Numbered from the stretch's first letter, positions 51,888 through 62,397 are shown. The stretch: 64,000 nucleotides of DNA from Dehalococcoidia bacterium (GCA_030740155.1 JASLXV010000058.1:22407-86406), one strand, 5' to 3'. The notes: generated by a model from the sequence alone, not told the origin. Numbers and translations: made by a program.

Positions 51888-52385
51888 GTGAATTTGACGA
51901 CCCGAATAGATGAACACCTGGAAAACTTTCGCACCATCGAGTCCCAGATTCTCCAACTCCTCGACGGCATGGACTATTGCCTCGACTGGAAGCCCGATTC
52001 TTCCGCCTGGTCGGCTCGGCAAGTGGTGTACCATTTGCTGGAAACCCCTGAAGGCGGCCTACACCAGGTCCTTTGGGGCATGCTGTCCGGAGAGATGGCG
52101 GAATTTGACATTTGGGCCGACCTGGACAACCTGACCCCGGACCGGCTGGCCTACGACACCGAACAGTTGCGCGAGGATATCGGCGAGTTTTTCCGGGGGA
52201 TGGCGGAAGTCCTCGGGACCGCCACCGACGACGACCTTGACACCAAGGCGATCCTGGCCCGGCATAGGGTGCGGGGCCGGGAAAATGAGCGCACCCTACA
52301 GGACTTGCTGGACGGGATCTTTGCCCATCACTGGGGGAGCCACCTGGACCAGATCAGGGAACTTCGAACCTCGCTTGGGATGTAG
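51888..52385 (+). CDS. DinB-family (four-helix-bundle) protein
   Basis: 165 aa. W..RQVVYHLLETPEGG and a C-terminal HWGSHLDQI His-containing motif are consistent with DinB_2. Confidence 0.55.
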   Translation: MNLTTRIDEHLENFRTIESQILQLLDGMDYCLDWKPDSSAWSARQVVYHLLETPEGGLHQVLWGMLSGEMAEFDIWADLDNLTPDRLAYDTEQLREDIGEFFRGMAEVLGTATDDDLDTKAILARHRVRGRENERTLQDLLDGIFAHHWGSHLDQIRELRTSLGM

Positions 52386-52613
52386 CCGCCTGCAACTTGC
52401 CTTTGGCACTCCCGGGACGCCGGTGATCAAAATACCGGTCCGGCCGGCTCAACGCGCCTGCTTATGGCGTTCATGCCAGTAGGCTTGAGCGAACTGTTTG
52501 GTGTATGATAAGAGGTGACCGTCTCGTAGGGCGGTCTCAAATAGCCGAGAAAGCCTGGGAGGGCGCTCCCGCGGGAAGCAAGCTCCTTCCGGTCCAGCAA
52601 ACAAGGGGGGACC

Positions 52614-52739
52614 ATGGCCGAGAGCAAGCCCAAGCGGGCGAAGCGAGAAGAGACGACCGAGGAATTCGTCAAGCGCATGAACCAGCAAGTGGTTGTGCGT
52701 AACGGGCTGAAGAAGCAACTTAAAGGGGCCCGCCGGTAA
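52614..52739 (+). CDS. Possible 41-aa basic small protein (hypothetical)
   Basis: Below the ORF-track cutoff. AAGGGGGG lies 3 nt before the ATG. Sequence: MAESKPKRAKREETTEEFVKRMNQQVVVRNGLKKQLKGARR. Confidence 0.3.
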   Translation: MAESKPKRAKREETTEEFVKRMNQQVVVRNGLKKQLKGARR

Positions 52740-52849
52740 CCTCCATGGCGCTTGACCGTTGTCGGCGCCTTGGAACTCCTCCTCTACCCCCCCCCCGAAA
52801 CAGTCTCCGCTTAGACTGCCCGCCCGTTCCAGGGCTAACGCACCGTCTT

Positions 52850-52939
52850 GCCAATAGCTTTGCATCGGCGAAAGTGTGCGACATTCCCGCCCACCTTCGC
52901 CGGGATGACGAACCGGGCATCAATCCATCTACGAGACAC
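52850..52939. repeat. Inverted copy of the 14807-type repeat terminus plus one hairpin unit
   Basis: The reverse complement of 52918-52939 (gtgtctcgtagatggattgatg) matches 14807-14828 with 2 mismatches in 22 (one internal, one at the last base). It is preceded by attcccgcccaccttcgccgggatgacg. Confidence 0.65.
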
Positions 52940-53048
52940 TAGCCTGGCCTGCTGTCCGGCGATATTCCCCCGTAGATGCTGGCCACACTGCCGCGCCCCA
53001 ATGCCCCGAAACACGTCTCCGAAACCTCGCTCTGGCCACCGTTTAGCA

Positions 53049-54065
53049 TCAAGCTTCTATGCGGTATACACGAGCGGCGGTGTCGTGGAACATGGCGGCG
53101 CGCTCCGTGGCCGAGTAGCCCTTCGACAGCCGTTTGAAGGCGTTGAATACCACGTTGTATGAGTAAGCCACTTTGTCGACCGGGAAGTTGCTTTCGAACA
53201 TACACCGGTCGGGCCCGAACTGTTCGATGCAGTAGTTCAGGAGCGGCGACATCGTTCCGGCCAGCTCCTCCGACCCCACGGGGACCTCCCGCTTAGTCCA
53301 GTCGAAGCCGTACCGGGCTTGGCCAATGCCGCCCACCTTCATGACGATGTTGGGGCATTTGGCCACGGCGGCCACGCCCCGTCTCCACTCGGGAAACACC
53401 TCGTCGTCGCGGTTGGCGTAGGGGCCTATCCGGTGCAGTCCGCCGCTATGGTTCAGCACGATGGTGAGTTCGGGTATGGCGTTGGCGAAATCGGCCAACT
53501 CGCCCAGTTGGGGGAAATACATGAAGCCTTCCAGCAGGAACCCCATCTCCGCCAAGACCCGCGCGCCGGCCCGGTAGCCATCGGTGGCCAGGACGCCCTG
53601 TATTTCCCGGTCCGGCACCTCTGGGCTCGGGTCCCAGCCCGTCGAGTGGCGGATGCCGCGAAACCGATTGGGGCTGGCAGCCTGGAGTGCCTCAAGGACC
53701 GGGCGCACTCCGTCGCCCAGCTTCAAGTCGGCCCTGCCAATGATGGCGACGGCGGCGCGGGCCGGTCCGTGAGCCCCGGTGGCGAATTCATCGGCCAGTT
53801 TCTGCACGAACTCCACCTCGCCCACCGAGTGCAACTCCTCGGGGCCATCGATGCGGTACTCGGACCGGGCCTCGATGAATACGGTGGAACGGACGTTATG
53901 GCCGCTGTTGATGTCGGCCGCCAGCTCCGCCGGCAGGTATTGCTGATAGGCCGCCGGCTCGGGCCGGTGCACCCAGAAGTGGTGATGGGGGTCGCAGATC
54001 GGAATCTCCGGCTCCAGGGTGGGCTCTTGGGTTAGAGCCAGCCAGTCATTGCCTACGAGTGGCAT
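53049..54065 (-). CDS. Amidohydrolase-2 (TIM-barrel metal-dependent hydrolase) family protein
   Basis: 338 aa. ICDPHHHFW N-terminal metal motif, IVLNHSGG, and a C-terminal FESNFPVDK. Confidence 0.75.
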   Translation of the reverse strand: MPLVGNDWLALTQEPTLEPEIPICDPHHHFWVHRPEPAAYQQYLPAELAADINSGHNVRSTVFIEARSEYRIDGPEELHSVGEVEFVQKLADEFATGAHGPARAAVAIIGRADLKLGDGVRPVLEALQAASPNRFRGIRHSTGWDPSPEVPDREIQGVLATDGYRAGARVLAEMGFLLEGFMYFPQLGELADFANAIPELTIVLNHSGGLHRIGPYANRDDEVFPEWRRGVAAVAKCPNIVMKVGGIGQARYGFDWTKREVPVGSEELAGTMSPLLNYCIEQFGPDRCMFESNFPVDKVAYSYNVVFNAFKRLSKGYSATERAAMFHDTAARVYRIEA

Positions 54066-54176
54066 GGTGGCGCCTCCGCTACAGTATTTGGCGGTCGGAT
54101 CATATCACAACCCAGGCGCGCTCCCGAGCCTCCGCTCCTGTTGCAGGAGCAGGTGGCAGTTGCGGCGATGGCCGGT

Positions 54177-56318
54177 CTAGCGGCCGGGACTGGCCTTCAG
54201 GGACAGGGAGATTCGCTTTCGGCCCAGATCCACCTCCAGCACGGTGACGTCGACCGGCTGCTGCAGCTGGACTATCTCCGACGGGTCGCGAACGAAACGG
54301 TCAGCGAGTTGGCTGATGTGAATGAGCCCGTCCTGGTGTACTCCAACGTCGACAAAGGCCCCGAAGGCGGTGATGTTGGTGACAATCCCGGGCAATCGCA
54401 TACCCGGCGTGAGGTCCTCGATGCGCTGCACGCCTTGGTCGAAGCTGAAGGGCGCGAACTCCTGGCGCGGATCCCGGCCGGGCCGAGCCAGCTCATCCAT
54501 AATGTCCGCCAGGGTCGGCATACCTACCTCTTCGCTGACATATTTCTTTGGATCGATCTTCTCCCGCAGTGAGGCGTCCCGCAGCAGGCTTTCCACCGAG
54601 CAGTTGGCGTCGCGAGACATGGCCTCGACGATGTGATAGCTCTCCGGGTGTACCGCGCTGGCGTCCAGGGGGTGTTCTCCCTCTCGGATGCGCAGAAAGC
54701 CCGCCGCTTGCTCGAAGGCTTTGGGTCCAAGGCGCGGGACCTTCTTGAGGGTTTCCCTCGACTTGAAGGGTCCGTTTTCGTCCCGGTACTTCACTATGGC
54801 CTGGGCCAAGCCGGGGCCCAGGCCCGACACATAGGCCAAGAGCTGCATGCTGGCGGTGTTCACCGCTACTCCCACGCGGTTGACGCAGCCCACGGCCACG
54901 TCGTCCAGACGGCCCCTCAAGGCTTTCTGGTCCACGTCGTGCTGGTATTGCCCTACGCCGATGGATTTGGGGTCGATCTTCACCAACTCGGCCAGGGGAG
55001 CCATGAGGCGGCGGCCAATGGACACCGCACCGCGAACCGTCAGGTCTTCATCCGGAAACTCGGCCCGGGCGACTTCTGAGGCCGAGTATATCGATGCACC
55101 GCTTTCGTTCACCATCACCACTGGAATCTGCGGCCCCAGCTCGATCGACCGCAGGAAAGCCTCCGTCTCTCTGCCGCCGGTGCCGTTGCCCACGGCGATG
55201 GCCTCTATCTCGAATTTCCAGCACAGGTCCTTGACAGTTTGCCCCGCTTGTTCCGCCCGCTGCTGGGCCAGCAGCGGGTAAATGGTCTCCCGGTGCAGCA
55301 GCTTTCCCTGCCGGTCCAGGCAGACCAGCTTGCAGCCCGTGCGGAAACCCGGGTCCAGGGCCAGCACGTTTTTTTCACCCAGTGGCGGCGCCAGCAACAA
55401 CTGACGAAGATTGCTGGCAAACACCTGAATCGCCGTCTCGTCGGCTCGCTGCTTGATGACTTTGCGGGTCTCGGTCTCCATAGAGGGGGAAAGCAGCCGT
55501 TTGTAGCCGTCGTGGACCGCCAGCCTCATCTGCTGTGAAGACGGGCCGTCGCCTTTGACGAACCGGGCTTCCAGGCCGAGCAGGGCTTCTTCCTCCTCCG
55601 GCTGAACGCGGACCGTGAGCATCGACTCCCGCTCGCCACGGAGCATGGCCAGCAGCCGGTGGGACGTTACCGCGGCCACGGGCTCCCGCCAATCGTAATA
55701 GTCCCGGTACTTGATGGCTTGGTCCGGCGGACCGTCGGTTACCTTGGACACAATGATCCCTCGGGTAAGGAAGCGTTGCCGCATAGTAGCCCGCGCGGTG
55801 GTGTCCTCGCTGACCCACTCCGCCATGATGTCTCTGGCCCCGGTCAGGGCATCCCCGGCCGTTTCGACGCCCTTCGCCGGGTCGACATAACCGGCGGCCG
55901 CCCGCGGCGGGTCGGTCTCGTCCTGACGCCACAAGATTTCCGCCAGCGGCTCAAGACCCTTCTCCCGGGCAATGGTGGCCCGGGTGCGCCGCTTGGGACG
56001 GTAGGGCAGGTAAATGTCCTCCAGGACGGCCATGGTCTGGGCCGCGTTGATCCTTGCCGCCAGTTCCGGAGTGAGAAGCTCTCTCTCCTCCAGCGAGGCC
56101 AGAATGGCTTCCCGGCGCTGGTCCAGATCGCGGAGCTGTTCCAGGCGGTCCCGCACCTGGGTGACCTCCACCTCATCCAGGCTGTCGGTCGCCTCCTTGC
56201 GGTATCGGGCGATGAACGGCACGGTGGCGCCGCCATCCAGGAGGTTGGCGGCGGCCGCGATCCGCCGGGCAGCCACCCTCAATTCACCGGATATCTTCTC
56301 AACGTGGGTTTGCAGCAT
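54177..56318 (-). CDS. tex: Tex-like transcription accessory protein (YqgF/HhH/S1 domains)
   Basis: 713 aa. GATVPFIARYRKEATDSLDEV N-terminus, a YqgF-like core, HhH repeats, and a C-terminal S1 domain (PGIVTNITAFGAFVDVGVHQDGLIHISQL). Confidence 0.85.
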   Translation of the reverse strand: MLQTHVEKISGELRVAARRIAAAANLLDGGATVPFIARYRKEATDSLDEVEVTQVRDRLEQLRDLDQRREAILASLEERELLTPELAARINAAQTMAVLEDIYLPYRPKRRTRATIAREKGLEPLAEILWRQDETDPPRAAAGYVDPAKGVETAGDALTGARDIMAEWVSEDTTARATMRQRFLTRGIIVSKVTDGPPDQAIKYRDYYDWREPVAAVTSHRLLAMLRGERESMLTVRVQPEEEEALLGLEARFVKGDGPSSQQMRLAVHDGYKRLLSPSMETETRKVIKQRADETAIQVFASNLRQLLLAPPLGEKNVLALDPGFRTGCKLVCLDRQGKLLHRETIYPLLAQQRAEQAGQTVKDLCWKFEIEAIAVGNGTGGRETEAFLRSIELGPQIPVVMVNESGASIYSASEVARAEFPDEDLTVRGAVSIGRRLMAPLAELVKIDPKSIGVGQYQHDVDQKALRGRLDDVAVGCVNRVGVAVNTASMQLLAYVSGLGPGLAQAIVKYRDENGPFKSRETLKKVPRLGPKAFEQAAGFLRIREGEHPLDASAVHPESYHIVEAMSRDANCSVESLLRDASLREKIDPKKYVSEEVGMPTLADIMDELARPGRDPRQEFAPFSFDQGVQRIEDLTPGMRLPGIVTNITAFGAFVDVGVHQDGLIHISQLADRFVRDPSEIVQLQQPVDVTVLEVDLGRKRISLSLKASPGR

Positions 56319-56595
56319 GTTCGTGTCGTTGGTCCCTTTTGGGTGGATTCCAGTTTGCCGGCTCGGGGCCTACCCGATGCTCCGTCGTCGTTCTACTAAC
56401 TCTATTCTAACGCTGATTCAAAATCTCCTGCCTTGAGGAGACGGATGTTGGAAATCAGGGCATTGTCTCGAACCGGTCCCTCTAGTGTCCCCGCCGGTGC
56501 TTCGAGAATGGACGGGGCTTACCCGGCTTGGTCACCCTCACCGCTGATGGTTGCCTGGAATGCCAGGTCGACACGGGTAAGGCGGACGTGCTTTT

Positions 56596-56724
56596 CACCC
56601 TCATCCTAACCTTCTCCCGTCCGGGGAGAAGGAACGCGTGTCCTCCTCGCGGCGAGTGTTACCCATGTGCCCGGTTTGGACCGCTCGGCCTCCTCTCCCT
56701 CAGGGAGAGGATTGAGGTGAGGGC
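56596..56724. repeat. Two copies of the 'ctctccc..gggagag..ttgaggtgaggg' GC-rich palindromic motif
   Basis: caccctcatcctaaccttctcccgtccggggagaagg (inverted orientation) and cctcctctccctcagggagaggattgaggtgagggc. Related to about 36566-36604. Confidence 0.6.
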
Positions 56725-56848
56725 GGCGCGGGAATCGATGCCGGGTCTTTTCAACCTTCTCCGTGCCGCAACCAAGATGCCGGTTCCCAACATTGACAGA
56801 AAAATCGCGGGTCGGTAGGCTGGGAGCACCCGGCAAAGGAGGGCAGCC

Positions 56849-58510
56849 ATGTTTACCCTGGAAGTACTCAATCCCGTCGCTCAGAGCGAGGGCGAAATCA
56901 AGGTGAGCGGAACCGCGCGCCGGCCCCGCTCCCTGGACGGCCTGACCCTGGGCCTGCTGTGGAACTCGAAGCGCGGTGGTGAAATTGCGCTGGTGAAGGC
57001 CGGCGAGCTGATCAGCAACCGGTTCAAAGACGTCAAGGTGATTCGCTACGACGGCTCCATGCCCTGCGATAAGGAACTGATGGAGAGAGCCAAGCAGGAG
57101 TGCGATGTATTCATCGGCTCCACCGGAGATTGAGGCTCTTGCACGTCGTGGATTGTCCACGACCTGGTCGTCATGGAGAAGGCGGGCAAGCCCAGCGTCG
57201 GCATCGTTTCCGTCGGCTTCGAGCGGGACGCCATGGCCACCGCCCGTGCCTTCGGCCTGCCCCAGTTCCGCTATGCGTTGTTCCCGGAGGTCCTCACCGG
57301 ACTGACTCCCGAACGGATCAAGCGGGACACGGCCGACGCGGTGGACCGGATGGTGGAAGTCCTCACCACCGACGCCGGCGGCAACGGCAACACCACCGCG
57401 GCGAAGCCCAAGGCCACCGACCGGCTGAAGATAGACGCAACGGATTCCTACGATGCCTTCGAGAAGATGAACCGGCAGTTCCTGGAGCTTGAGTGGAGCG
57501 ACGGCTTCCCCATCATACCCGCCACGCCGGAGAAGGTGGAGCGGATGCTGAAAGGCGCCACCCGAAGCGCCGAAGACGTGGTAACGGTGCTGGAGCCCGG
57601 GAACGGCCTGGCGACCGTGGAAAAGATCGCCATCAACGCGGTGATGGCCGGCTGTGAACCCGCCCACCTGCCGATTCTCATCGCCGCCTGCGAAGCTTAT
57701 ACAGGTCTGGGCGACCGGGTCCGAGCCATGGCCATGTCCACCAGTACCCACGCGCCGCTCATGGTCATCAACGGGCCCATCGGGAGGGAGATAGGCATCA
57801 ATTCCAAGCGCTGTGCCATGGGGCCGGGCGCCCAGTCACGCCACAACATAGTCCTGGGCCGGGCGCTGCGGCTCATCATGATGAACGTTGGACACTGCTA
57901 CCCCGGACACATGGACCTGGATACTATTGGGACGGCCCGCAAGTTCGGAATGTGTGTCGCGGAAAATGAGGAGGAGACCCCTTGGCAGCCTCTCCACGTG
58001 GAGAAGGGGTTTGATCAGGAAGAAAGCACCGTAACCCTCTTCGCCACCAGGGATGAGATAGATGTAAACGACCTGGATAACTGGACGCCGGAGGGAGTGC
58101 TCAACAGCATGGCTTTCTTCAGCGCCATCCCCGGTGGTGAATATCTGGACCAGGGTCACCCCGGATGGGACCCGTATTACAGGCTCTTGCTCATGTTCGG
58201 CCCGGAGCACGCCAACATTTGCGGCACGGCCGGTTGGTCGAAGAACGCGGTGCGGGAGTACGTCTACAACCGTTGCCGGACCAGCGCCCGGCGGCTGCTA
58301 AACAAGGTGCTTTGCACTCCGGATAAGATCAGGCCGCAGTGGGAATGGCTATTGAAGCTGTCAGAGTGGGAGCAGGACCAGATAATGTTGCCGGTAATGG
58401 GAAGCGCCAGTAACATTGAGATGGTTGTCGTGGGCGGCCCCGCCGGGAAGAACCTGATCTACCGGTGTATCGCGCCTCCCTCCACCGCCATCATAAAGGA
58501 CCGGGCGTAG
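56849..58510 (+). CDS. 'UGSC'-motif protein with in-frame TGA (57131-57133) fused to a ~400-aa uncharacterised domain; candidate selenoprotein
   Basis: ORF-track ORFs 56849-57133 and 57173-58510 are in the same frame, separated only by the TGA and 13 sense codons: ...DVFIGSTGD-TGA-GSCTSWIVHDLVVMEKAGKPSVGIV.... AAGGAGGG precedes ATG 56849, whereas no Shine-Dalgarno sequence precedes ATG 57173. The U/C-G-S-C motif matches my recollection of the RefSeq 'UGSC family (seleno)protein'. Confidence 0.55.
57145..57163 (+). promoter_or_regulatory. SECIS-like hairpin 11 nt downstream of the TGA
   Basis: GUCGUGGA-UUG-UCCACGAC: perfect 8-bp stem (or 7 bp with an AUUGU loop). The loop contains GU. Confidence 0.45.
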
Positions 58511-58782
58511 GCCCGGAGGGAGCGTTTCAGACGCCTGGGAGGCCGTTGGATGGCCTGGCCGGGCCGATCACAACCCAAGTTGGGAGAGGCCCCGCCGGTC
58601 CGTGTTTTCCATCTGACCACTCCCTCAAGACTTGGAGCGGCCTCGAAAACTGAGCCCTTCAGACCTAGCCTGCCGCGACGGGGGTATGCGCGATTCCCAG
58701 AAGAAAGGTACCTTGGCCCTACAGCGTTCGCCGGAGCACGAGGGCCAAAAGGGTCACTCTGAAACTCTCAAGGACAACTGGA

Positions 58783-59391
58783 TTGGAGGTTGTCGTTCCC
58801 TTGGGATTCGACGAGGCGCGGATACCCGAGATTCTCGAATCAAAGGCTGGATGGATATCCAAACACCTGGGAAAGACCCCTACCGTAGAGAAGTTGCAGC
58901 GGCCCGAGTCGATCGATCTGAAATCCATTCAAGAGTGCTGGAAGGTTGAATACCTGGCGACTTCTGGAGGCGGCTTGACGGTCTATGAGGGCGGCGACGG
59001 CACTCTGGCGGTTGAGGGCGCCGTCGATGACCCACTCCGAGTTGCCGGAGCCCTGAACGAATGGCTGCAAGCAAAGGCCGGGAAGGTATTAGTTCCCTGG
59101 CTTCAAGAACTCAGCCGGGATTTGTCCATCCCTTTTGCCCGGGTCACCATCCGAAGGCAGAAGACCAGGTGGGGTAGTTGCTCGAAACAACGCTCCATCA
59201 ACCTGAATCGAAATCTCCTGTTCTTTCCCCCGCAACTCGTTCGCTACGTCTTGGTGCACGAACTTTGCCACACCAAGCAGCTTGACCACTCCGAGAAGTT
59301 CTGGAGCCTCGTCGAAGGGTATGAGCCGGATGCCAGAAGGCGGCGCCGGGAAATTGAGACGGCAAGTGGCGAAATACCCCCCTGGGCTTAG
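58783..59391 (+). CDS. YgjP-like (DUF45/M48-type, HExxH) metal-dependent hydrolase; N-terminus probably extends upstream
   Basis: TRWGSCSKQRSINLNRNLLFFPPQLVRYVLVHELCHTKQLDHSEKFW is the family signature. Family-like sequence (IPRRKVPWPYSVRRSTRAKRVTLKLSRTTG) continues in frame upstream to about 58693, but there is no ATG/GTG/TTG there. Confidence 0.7.
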   Translation: MEVVVPLGFDEARIPEILESKAGWISKHLGKTPTVEKLQRPESIDLKSIQECWKVEYLATSGGGLTVYEGGDGTLAVEGAVDDPLRVAGALNEWLQAKAGKVLVPWLQELSRDLSIPFARVTIRRQKTRWGSCSKQRSINLNRNLLFFPPQLVRYVLVHELCHTKQLDHSEKFWSLVEGYEPDARRRRREIETASGEIPPWA

Positions 59392-59496
59392 GCCCTGCGA
59401 CCGGCCTCGCCAACTCCCGATCTGACGTGAAACGTAGCGAGTGAGCCGCGTGCGGGCCGTAAGAGCGAGTGGACAGTCGATCACCCGTGGCGGGCA

Positions 59497-61344
59497 TCAA
59501 TCTTCGGCGTTGAGCTTAAGAAGCGACAGGAACGCCTCTTGGGGTATCTCCACCCGGCCCACCATCTTCAGCCGCTTCTTGCCTTCTTTCTGTTTCTCCA
59601 GCAGCTTGCGCTTGCGGGTGATGTCGCCGCCGTAGCACTTGGCCAGCACGTCCTTGCGCATGGCGCGCACCGTCTCCCGGGCGATTATGCGGCCGCCGAT
59701 GGCCGCCTGAATCGGAACCTCGAAGAGCTGCCGGGGGATGGCCGACCGTAGTTTCTCGACCGCTGCCCGGCCTTGGCGGGCCGCCTGGCCGCGGTGCAAG
59801 ATCATCGACAGCGCCTCCACCGGCACCTGGTTGATCAGGATATCCATCTTTACCAGGGGGGCGGCCTGGTAGCCTTTCAACGTGTAGTCCAAGGAGGCGT
59901 AGCCCTGGGTTCGCGACTTTAGCTGGTTGTAGAAATCGGCCAGCAACTCCACCAAGGGCATGGTGTATTCCATCACCACCCGCCCTTGATCCGGGCCGGT
60001 GATTTCTCCTTCCCCCGGTCCCTGTTGCCCCTGAATGTACTCCATCCGCTGGTATTCGGACCGGCGGGAGTGCATCAACTCCATGATGACTCCCACGTGC
60101 CGGTTGGGGGCGACGATGGTCAAATTCAGGATCGGCTCCCGGATCTCCTGTACTTCGGTGGGTGGCGGGAGTTTAGCCGGGCTGTCCACCAGGATGGTCT
60201 CCCCGTTGGTGAGCACCACCTGGTAGGCCACTCCGGGGGCGGTCAGGACCAGGTCCAGGTCGTACTCCCGTTCCAGTCTCTCCTGGACGATTTCCAGGTG
60301 CATCAGCCCCAGAAACCCGCAGCGAAAGCCGAAACCCAGGGCGACACTGCTCTCCGGTTCCATGGTCAGGGAGGCGTCGTTTAGCTGAAGCTTCTCCAAC
60401 GCCGACCGCAGGTGGCCGTAGTCCTCGCCATCCGAGGGATAGAGCCCGGCAAAGACCATGGATTTAAGCTGTACGTAGCCGGGGAGGGATTCGCTGGCGG
60501 GCCGGCGGACTCCGGTTAGGGTATCGCCGACGCTGCACTCCCGGACATCCTTGAAGCCGGTGGCGATGTACCCCACCTGCCCGGTGTACAGCGTGTCCAC
60601 CGGTGAAGGGAACGGGGCGAACACGCCCGTCTCCACTACCTCTGTCACGTTCCCCGAGGACATGACCTGAATCCGTTCGTTCTTCGATACTGAGCCGTCT
60701 GTCACGCGGATGTGGGCGATGATGCCCTTGTAGGGGTTGTAGACGGAGTCGAACACCAGGGCCCGCAGGGGCTGGTCTGTTTCGCCCTGGGGCGGCGGGA
60801 TTCGGTCCACAACCGCGTCCAGGATATCTCTGGCGCCGGTGCCCTTTTTGGCCGAGACGAAGAGGACCTCATCTTCCTTGAACCCGAACACCTGGCGTAG
60901 CTCGGCGGCCACCCTCTGGGGCTCGGCCTGGGGAAGGTCCACCTTGTTGATGACCGGCACCAGGTCCAGGTCGTATTCCATGGCCAACAGGGTGTTGGCG
61001 ATGGTCTGGGCTTCGATACCCTGGCTGGCATCCACCACCAGCAGGGCGCCCTCGCAGGCGGCCAGGGCCCGGGATACCTCATAGCTGAAGTCCACGTGGC
61101 CGGGGGTGTCGATGAGGTTGAGCTGGTACGTCTGCCCATCGGGGGCCCGATGGGACATGGTTACCGCCTTGCCCTTTATGGTGATGCCCCGTTCCCGCTC
61201 CAACTCCATCTGGTCCATGAACTGGGCCTTCATGTCCTGAGGGCGGACGGTGCCGGTGATTTCAAGGAAGCGGTCGGCTAGGGTCGACTTTCCGTGGTCG
61301 ATATGGGCGATGATACAGAAATTGCGTATTTGCGATGGGTCCAT
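59497..61344 (-). CDS. lepA: Elongation factor 4 (translational GTPase LepA)
   Basis: [32 protein letters not shown], and the LepA-specific C-terminal domain (...[24 protein letters not shown]). Confidence 0.95.
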   Translation of the reverse strand: MDPSQIRNFCIIAHIDHGKSTLADRFLEITGTVRPQDMKAQFMDQMELERERGITIKGKAVTMSHRAPDGQTYQLNLIDTPGHVDFSYEVSRALAACEGALLVVDASQGIEAQTIANTLLAMEYDLDLVPVINKVDLPQAEPQRVAAELRQVFGFKEDEVLFVSAKKGTGARDILDAVVDRIPPPQGETDQPLRALVFDSVYNPYKGIIAHIRVTDGSVSKNERIQVMSSGNVTEVVETGVFAPFPSPVDTLYTGQVGYIATGFKDVRECSVGDTLTGVRRPASESLPGYVQLKSMVFAGLYPSDGEDYGHLRSALEKLQLNDASLTMEPESSVALGFGFRCGFLGLMHLEIVQERLEREYDLDLVLTAPGVAYQVVLTNGETILVDSPAKLPPPTEVQEIREPILNLTIVAPNRHVGVIMELMHSRRSEYQRMEYIQGQQGPGEGEITGPDQGRVVMEYTMPLVELLADFYNQLKSRTQGYASLDYTLKGYQAAPLVKMDILINQVPVEALSMILHRGQAARQGRAAVEKLRSAIPRQLFEVPIQAAIGGRIIARETVRAMRKDVLAKCYGGDITRKRKLLEKQKEGKKRLKMVGRVEIPQEAFLSLLKLNAED

Positions 61345-61353
61345 GGCGGAGTG

Positions 61354-62397
61354 TTAGACCGGCCCGGAACCTTCCGTCCGGATACAAGCGGCCCAGTGGT
61401 CGGGCCGTACCTGCCGTAGCTCCGGCAGCACCTGGGAACACTCATCCGTTGCAACGGGACAGCGGGGGTGGAACACGCATCCACTGGGAGGGTTCAAGGG
61501 GCTGGGGACCTCACCGGTCAACAGGACCCTTTCCCTCTTCGAGTCGGCTATCGGGTCCGGAATGGGCACCGCGGAGAGCAGGGCCTTGGTGTAAGGGTGG
61601 GCAGGGTCGCGGTAAATGTCGTTCCTTCCCGCCAGTTCCACAATATGGCCCAGGTACATGACGCCCACGCGGTCGCTGATATGACGGACCACCGAAAGGT
61701 CGTGGGCAATGAACAGGTAGGTAAGGTTGAACCTTTCCTGCAAGTCCTCCAGCAGGTTGATGATCTGGGCTTGGATGGATACGTCCAGCGCCGACACGGG
61801 TTCGTCAGCTACGATGAAGTTGGGGCTCACCGAGAGGGCCCGCGCCACTCCGATACGCTGGCGTTGGCCGCCGCTAAACTCGTGGGGGAACCGGTCGGCC
61901 ATGTAGGGGTTCAAGCCGACGTTTTGCAACAGGTCCGCCACCTTCTCCCGGTACTCGGCCTTGTTGCTCACCATCCGGTGTACCACCAGGGGTTCGCCGA
62001 TTATGTTCCCGGCGGTCATGCGCGGGTTCAGGGAGCTGTAGGGGTCTTGGAAGATGACCTGCATCCGGCGCCGCATGCTTCGCAATTGCCGGCTGGAAAG
62101 CTCGGTCAACTCTTGGCCTTCGAAAAAGATCTGGCCCGCGGTGGGCCGGTACAGTTGGAGAATGCAACGGCCGGTAGTCGTCTTGCCGCAGCCGCTTTCT
62201 CCAACCAGCCCCAAGGTCTCACCACGATGGACGGCGAAGGAGATGTCGTCCACCGCCTTGATGTAGGCCGTGGATCTCTGGAACAGCATTCCCGACGAGA
62301 CGGGGAAGTACATCTTGATGTTCTTGACATCGACGAGAACCTCACCGGTCGCGGTTGGTGACTGTTCGCTGGCTTGTGTGCCTGACAATGTGGTCAT
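61354..62397 (-). CDS. Oligopeptide/dipeptide ABC transporter ATP-binding protein (OppF/DppF type)
   Basis: Walker [10 protein letters not shown], signature FSGGQRQR, Walker B IVADEP, and the C-terminal oligo_HPY region ([12 protein letters not shown]). Confidence 0.85.
   Translation of the reverse strand: MTTLSGTQASEQSPTATGEVLVDVKNIKMYFPVSSGMLFQRSTAYIKAVDDISFAVHRGETLGLVGESGCGKTTTGRCILQLYRPTAGQIFFEGQELTELSSRQLRSMRRRMQVIFQDPYSSLNPRMTAGNIIGEPLVVHRMVSNKAEYREKVADLLQNVGLNPYMADRFPHEFSGGQRQRIGVARALSVSPNFIVADEPVSALDVSIQAQIINLLEDLQERFNLTYLFIAHDLSVVRHISDRVGVMYLGHIVELAGRNDIYRDPAHPYTKALLSAVPIPDPIADSKRERVLLTGEVPSPLNPPSGCVFHPRCPVATDECSQVLPELRQVRPDHWAACIRTEGSGPV

Noticed and set aside
57173-58510. Treating the 445-aa ORF as an independent gene starting at ATG 57173, with the 94-aa ORF as a separate small gene.
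   Set aside because: There is no Shine-Dalgarno sequence before 57173. The frame is continuous across a single TGA that sits in a U/C-GSC redox motif, with a perfect hairpin 11 nt downstream. This reading is kept as the alternative hypothesis under the UGSC finding.
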